From Candidatus Helarchaeota ASGARD archaeon Hel_GB_B (GTDB lineage: Archaea > Asgardarchaeota > Lokiarchaeia > Helarchaeales > HEL-GB-B): a DNA stretch of 18,913 bases. Under the pieces are notes generated by a model. It ran no database searches. It saw only the letters and a program-made list of their open reading frames with translations, and had not been told where the DNA came from. The stretch covers positions 1-18,913 of the forward strand of contig SUPR01000071.1 in assembly GCA_005191425.1 (NCBI GenBank). The letters are read 5' to 3'. Each line of letters begins with the position of its first letter. Position 1 is the first letter of the stretch. Below are positions 16,996 through 18,913 of this stretch, piece by piece. A program made the translations under genes and the position numbers.

Positions 16996-18913
16996 TTATT
17001 GAATAGCCATTTCCAATTTTTTACGCTTTGTAATATCATTTGCTATTCCAAGAATTGCATAAGGTTTTCCTTCTTTATAAAGTAATGATCCTTCTGTCTC
17101 TACCCAAATATATTTACCATCCTTTCTTTTAATTTTGAATTCAAAACGCTCTTTTAAAGTGGGGTTTTTAATAAATCTATTAAGAATCTCAAAAGCCTTC
17201 GGTACTTGTTCTTTTATTATTATTTTTTCAAAATTAAGTTTATGTATTTCATCTTTGTTATATCCTAATAATTCAAATGCTTTTTTATTTGCTTCTAAGA
17301 AATTTCCTTTAAAATCATGGACATATATTGCATAATGACTCCTGTTAAATATTGCTACATAACGTTCAGTCGCTTCTTTCATTTTTTGAATTGCTTTTCT
17401 ACGTTCGGTAATATCTGATATCATAATTAAATTTGCACTTCTGCCTTTATATGTTATGCGTCGTGTATAATTTTCGACCCATATAATTTTGCCTGATTTT
17501 GTTATACCTCTAAAGGAATATTGAATTTTCTTGCCCTTTTTGCTATTTATCTGGGCTCTTATTTTTTTTATTATCTTGTCTCTGTCTTCAATATGAATCA
17601 ATTTTTGATATTCATCTGCGCTCCATTTTGAAATTTCTTCAGGTAAATACCCAAAAATATCAGCAAATGTATTATTAAAATATTTTACTTCTTTATCTTG
17701 GACAATGCAAATTCCCATTATAGATTGTTCAGCTATAGTCCTAAATTTTTCTTCTGATTCCTTTAATTTTAATTCCATTTCTTTTTGTTCAGTGATATCT
17801 ATCACTGTAGATAAATCTGCATTTGATCCTTGAAAATGAACTCTTTTTACATATAAATCCCAGTGCCTGATTTTTCCATCTTTGGTAATAATTCTAAAAT
17901 TTAAATGATTTGGAACATTTTTATCGCCTCTACGAAGTCTTCTTGCAATATCCATTACATAATCTTGATCCTCTGGATAAATTACTTTTTTATATTCTTC
18001 AGGCCCCCAACTTGTTAATTCTTTTACTGAATATCCTGTCAATCCTTCTATTGCTTTATTTACATACTTTATAATTCCATCTTGAATAACAAAAATACCC
18101 ATTAAACTCTGATTAGCTATACTTCTAAATTTTTCTTCTGATTCTTTTAGTTTTTCTTCAGCTAACTTCCTGTCCGTAATATTTCTTATAAAAATTCCCA
18201 CTCTATCCTCTGAAAAATATAAAGCTCTCGCCTCAAAATACATCAATTTATTATTTATAATTTGACTATATTCCATAATTTGTGGCTTTTTTGTCTTCAA
18301 AACTAATTTAATCTTCTCGCTAGCAGTATCTCTTAAATCCTTAGGTAAATATTGGACTATCTTCTTACCTAAAAATGCTCCAGGAGAAAAAACTTGAGTA
18401 AGTTCACCTTTATATTCAACAATAGTATTGTCCTTAGAAACTAAAAAATATATATCCGGAATTGATTCGTAAATTCTCCTAAACTTTTCTTCAGAGTCCT
18501 TTAATTTTTTCTCCGCTATATGTTTAGATGTTATATCTCTAATAATTGTTAATACTTGAATTACTTTTCCCTCCCTAAAAATTGGGATCTTATTGGTCTC
18601 GGTAAATATCTCTTTTCCTCTAATCTCTATTTTCCCCTTTGTATAAAGTGGCTTACCTGTTTTTATTATCTTTTCATATTCACTATGAAGCTCCTTGGGT
18701 AAAAAAGGAAAATTCTCAAATACTGTTTTACCTATTGAAATAGGTTGTAATTTTAATTCTTTTAACCATTTTTTAAAAGGCGGATTAATATATATAATTT
18801 TTAAATTTAAGTCTACCACATGTATCGCATCTGTCATAGAATTCAAAATCAATCGATACTGTTCTTCAGACTTCTTTAATTCAAGCTCAACCTTCTTTTG
18901 TGGCGTTATATCT
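16996..18913 (-). CDS. 5'-partial multi-PAS sensor protein (five complete PAS/PAC units in the window), no C-terminal output domain
   Basis: Repeated DIT.RK..E..LKESEEKFR linkers. The frame is open past TTG18852 to the window edge (DITPQKKVELELKKSEEQYR), implying at least one more PAS upstream. Ends DITKRKKLEMAIQ*. Confidence 0.9.
   Translation of the reverse strand, partial: DITPQKKVELELKKSEEQYRLILNSMTDAIHVVDLNLKIIYINPPFKKWLKELKLQPISIGKTVFENFPFLPKELHSEYEKIIKTGKPLYTKGKIEIRGKEIFTETNKIPIFREGKVIQVLTIIRDITSKHIAEKKLKDSEEKFRRIYESIPDIYFLVSKDNTIVEYKGELTQVFSPGAFLGKKIVQYLPKDLRDTASEKIKLVLKTKKPQIMEYSQIINNKLMYFEARALYFSEDRVGIFIRNITDRKLAEEKLKESEEKFRSIANQSLMGIFVIQDGIIKYVNKAIEGLTGYSVKELTSWGPEEYKKVIYPEDQDYVMDIARRLRRGDKNVPNHLNFRIITKDGKIRHWDLYVKRVHFQGSNADLSTVIDITEQKEMELKLKESEEKFRTIAEQSIMGICIVQDKEVKYFNNTFADIFGYLPEEISKWSADEYQKLIHIEDRDKIIKKIRAQINSKKGKKIQYSFRGITKSGKIIWVENYTRRITYKGRSANLIMISDITERRKAIQKMKEATERYVAIFNRSHYAIYVHDFKGNFLEANKKAFELLGYNKDEIHKLNFEKIIIKEQVPKAFEILNRFIKNPTLKERFEFKIKRKDGKYIWVETEGSLLYKEGKPYAILGIANDITKRKKLEMAIQ

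Noticed and set aside
16892-16998. Frameshift or read-through extending the PAS protein into a histidine kinase
   Set aside because: No H-box-like sequence in any minus frame and too little space before the convergent gene.
10078-17335. Short track ORFs 10078-10263, 12395-12595, 13294-13509, 16570-16776 and 17135-17335
   Set aside because: Antisense shadows of supported genes.
1-18913. tRNA, rRNA, CRISPR array, IS element or integrase
   Set aside because: No GC-rich structured RNA segment, no regularly spaced direct repeats, and no transposase or recombinase motifs seen by eye; not confirmed with tRNAscan or Infernal.

Overview
AT-rich archaeal chromosomal window with about 16 protein-coding genes and no recognisable rRNA, tRNA, CRISPR array or mobile element. 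The gene content points to an Asgard archaeon (Loki/Hel-like; inferred, not searched): a Rab-like small GTPase, a longin-like protein, a PCI-like winged-helix protein with a RING-like Zn tail, stand-alone MtrH and a multi-PAS protein. The metabolic genes are an acyl-CoA synthetase (NDP-forming) alpha subunit, ribokinase, thiolase, NrdG-like radical SAM activase, geranylgeranyl-reductase-family flavoprotein, MBL-fold hydrolase and a TrmO/TsaA-family protein. The most interesting signals are: (1) a 577-aa protein joining a PCI-like domain, a long acidic linker with a duplicated motif, and a zinc-ribbon/RING-like tail; (2) a TrmO-family gene fused to a His-rich helical domain whose conserved motif begins upstream of the first ATG, implying an ATA start; (3) a Rab-like GTPase with DxxA in place of DxxG; (4) a truncated longin-like protein. 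The first and last genes run off the window edges. All family calls come from reading motifs by eye.
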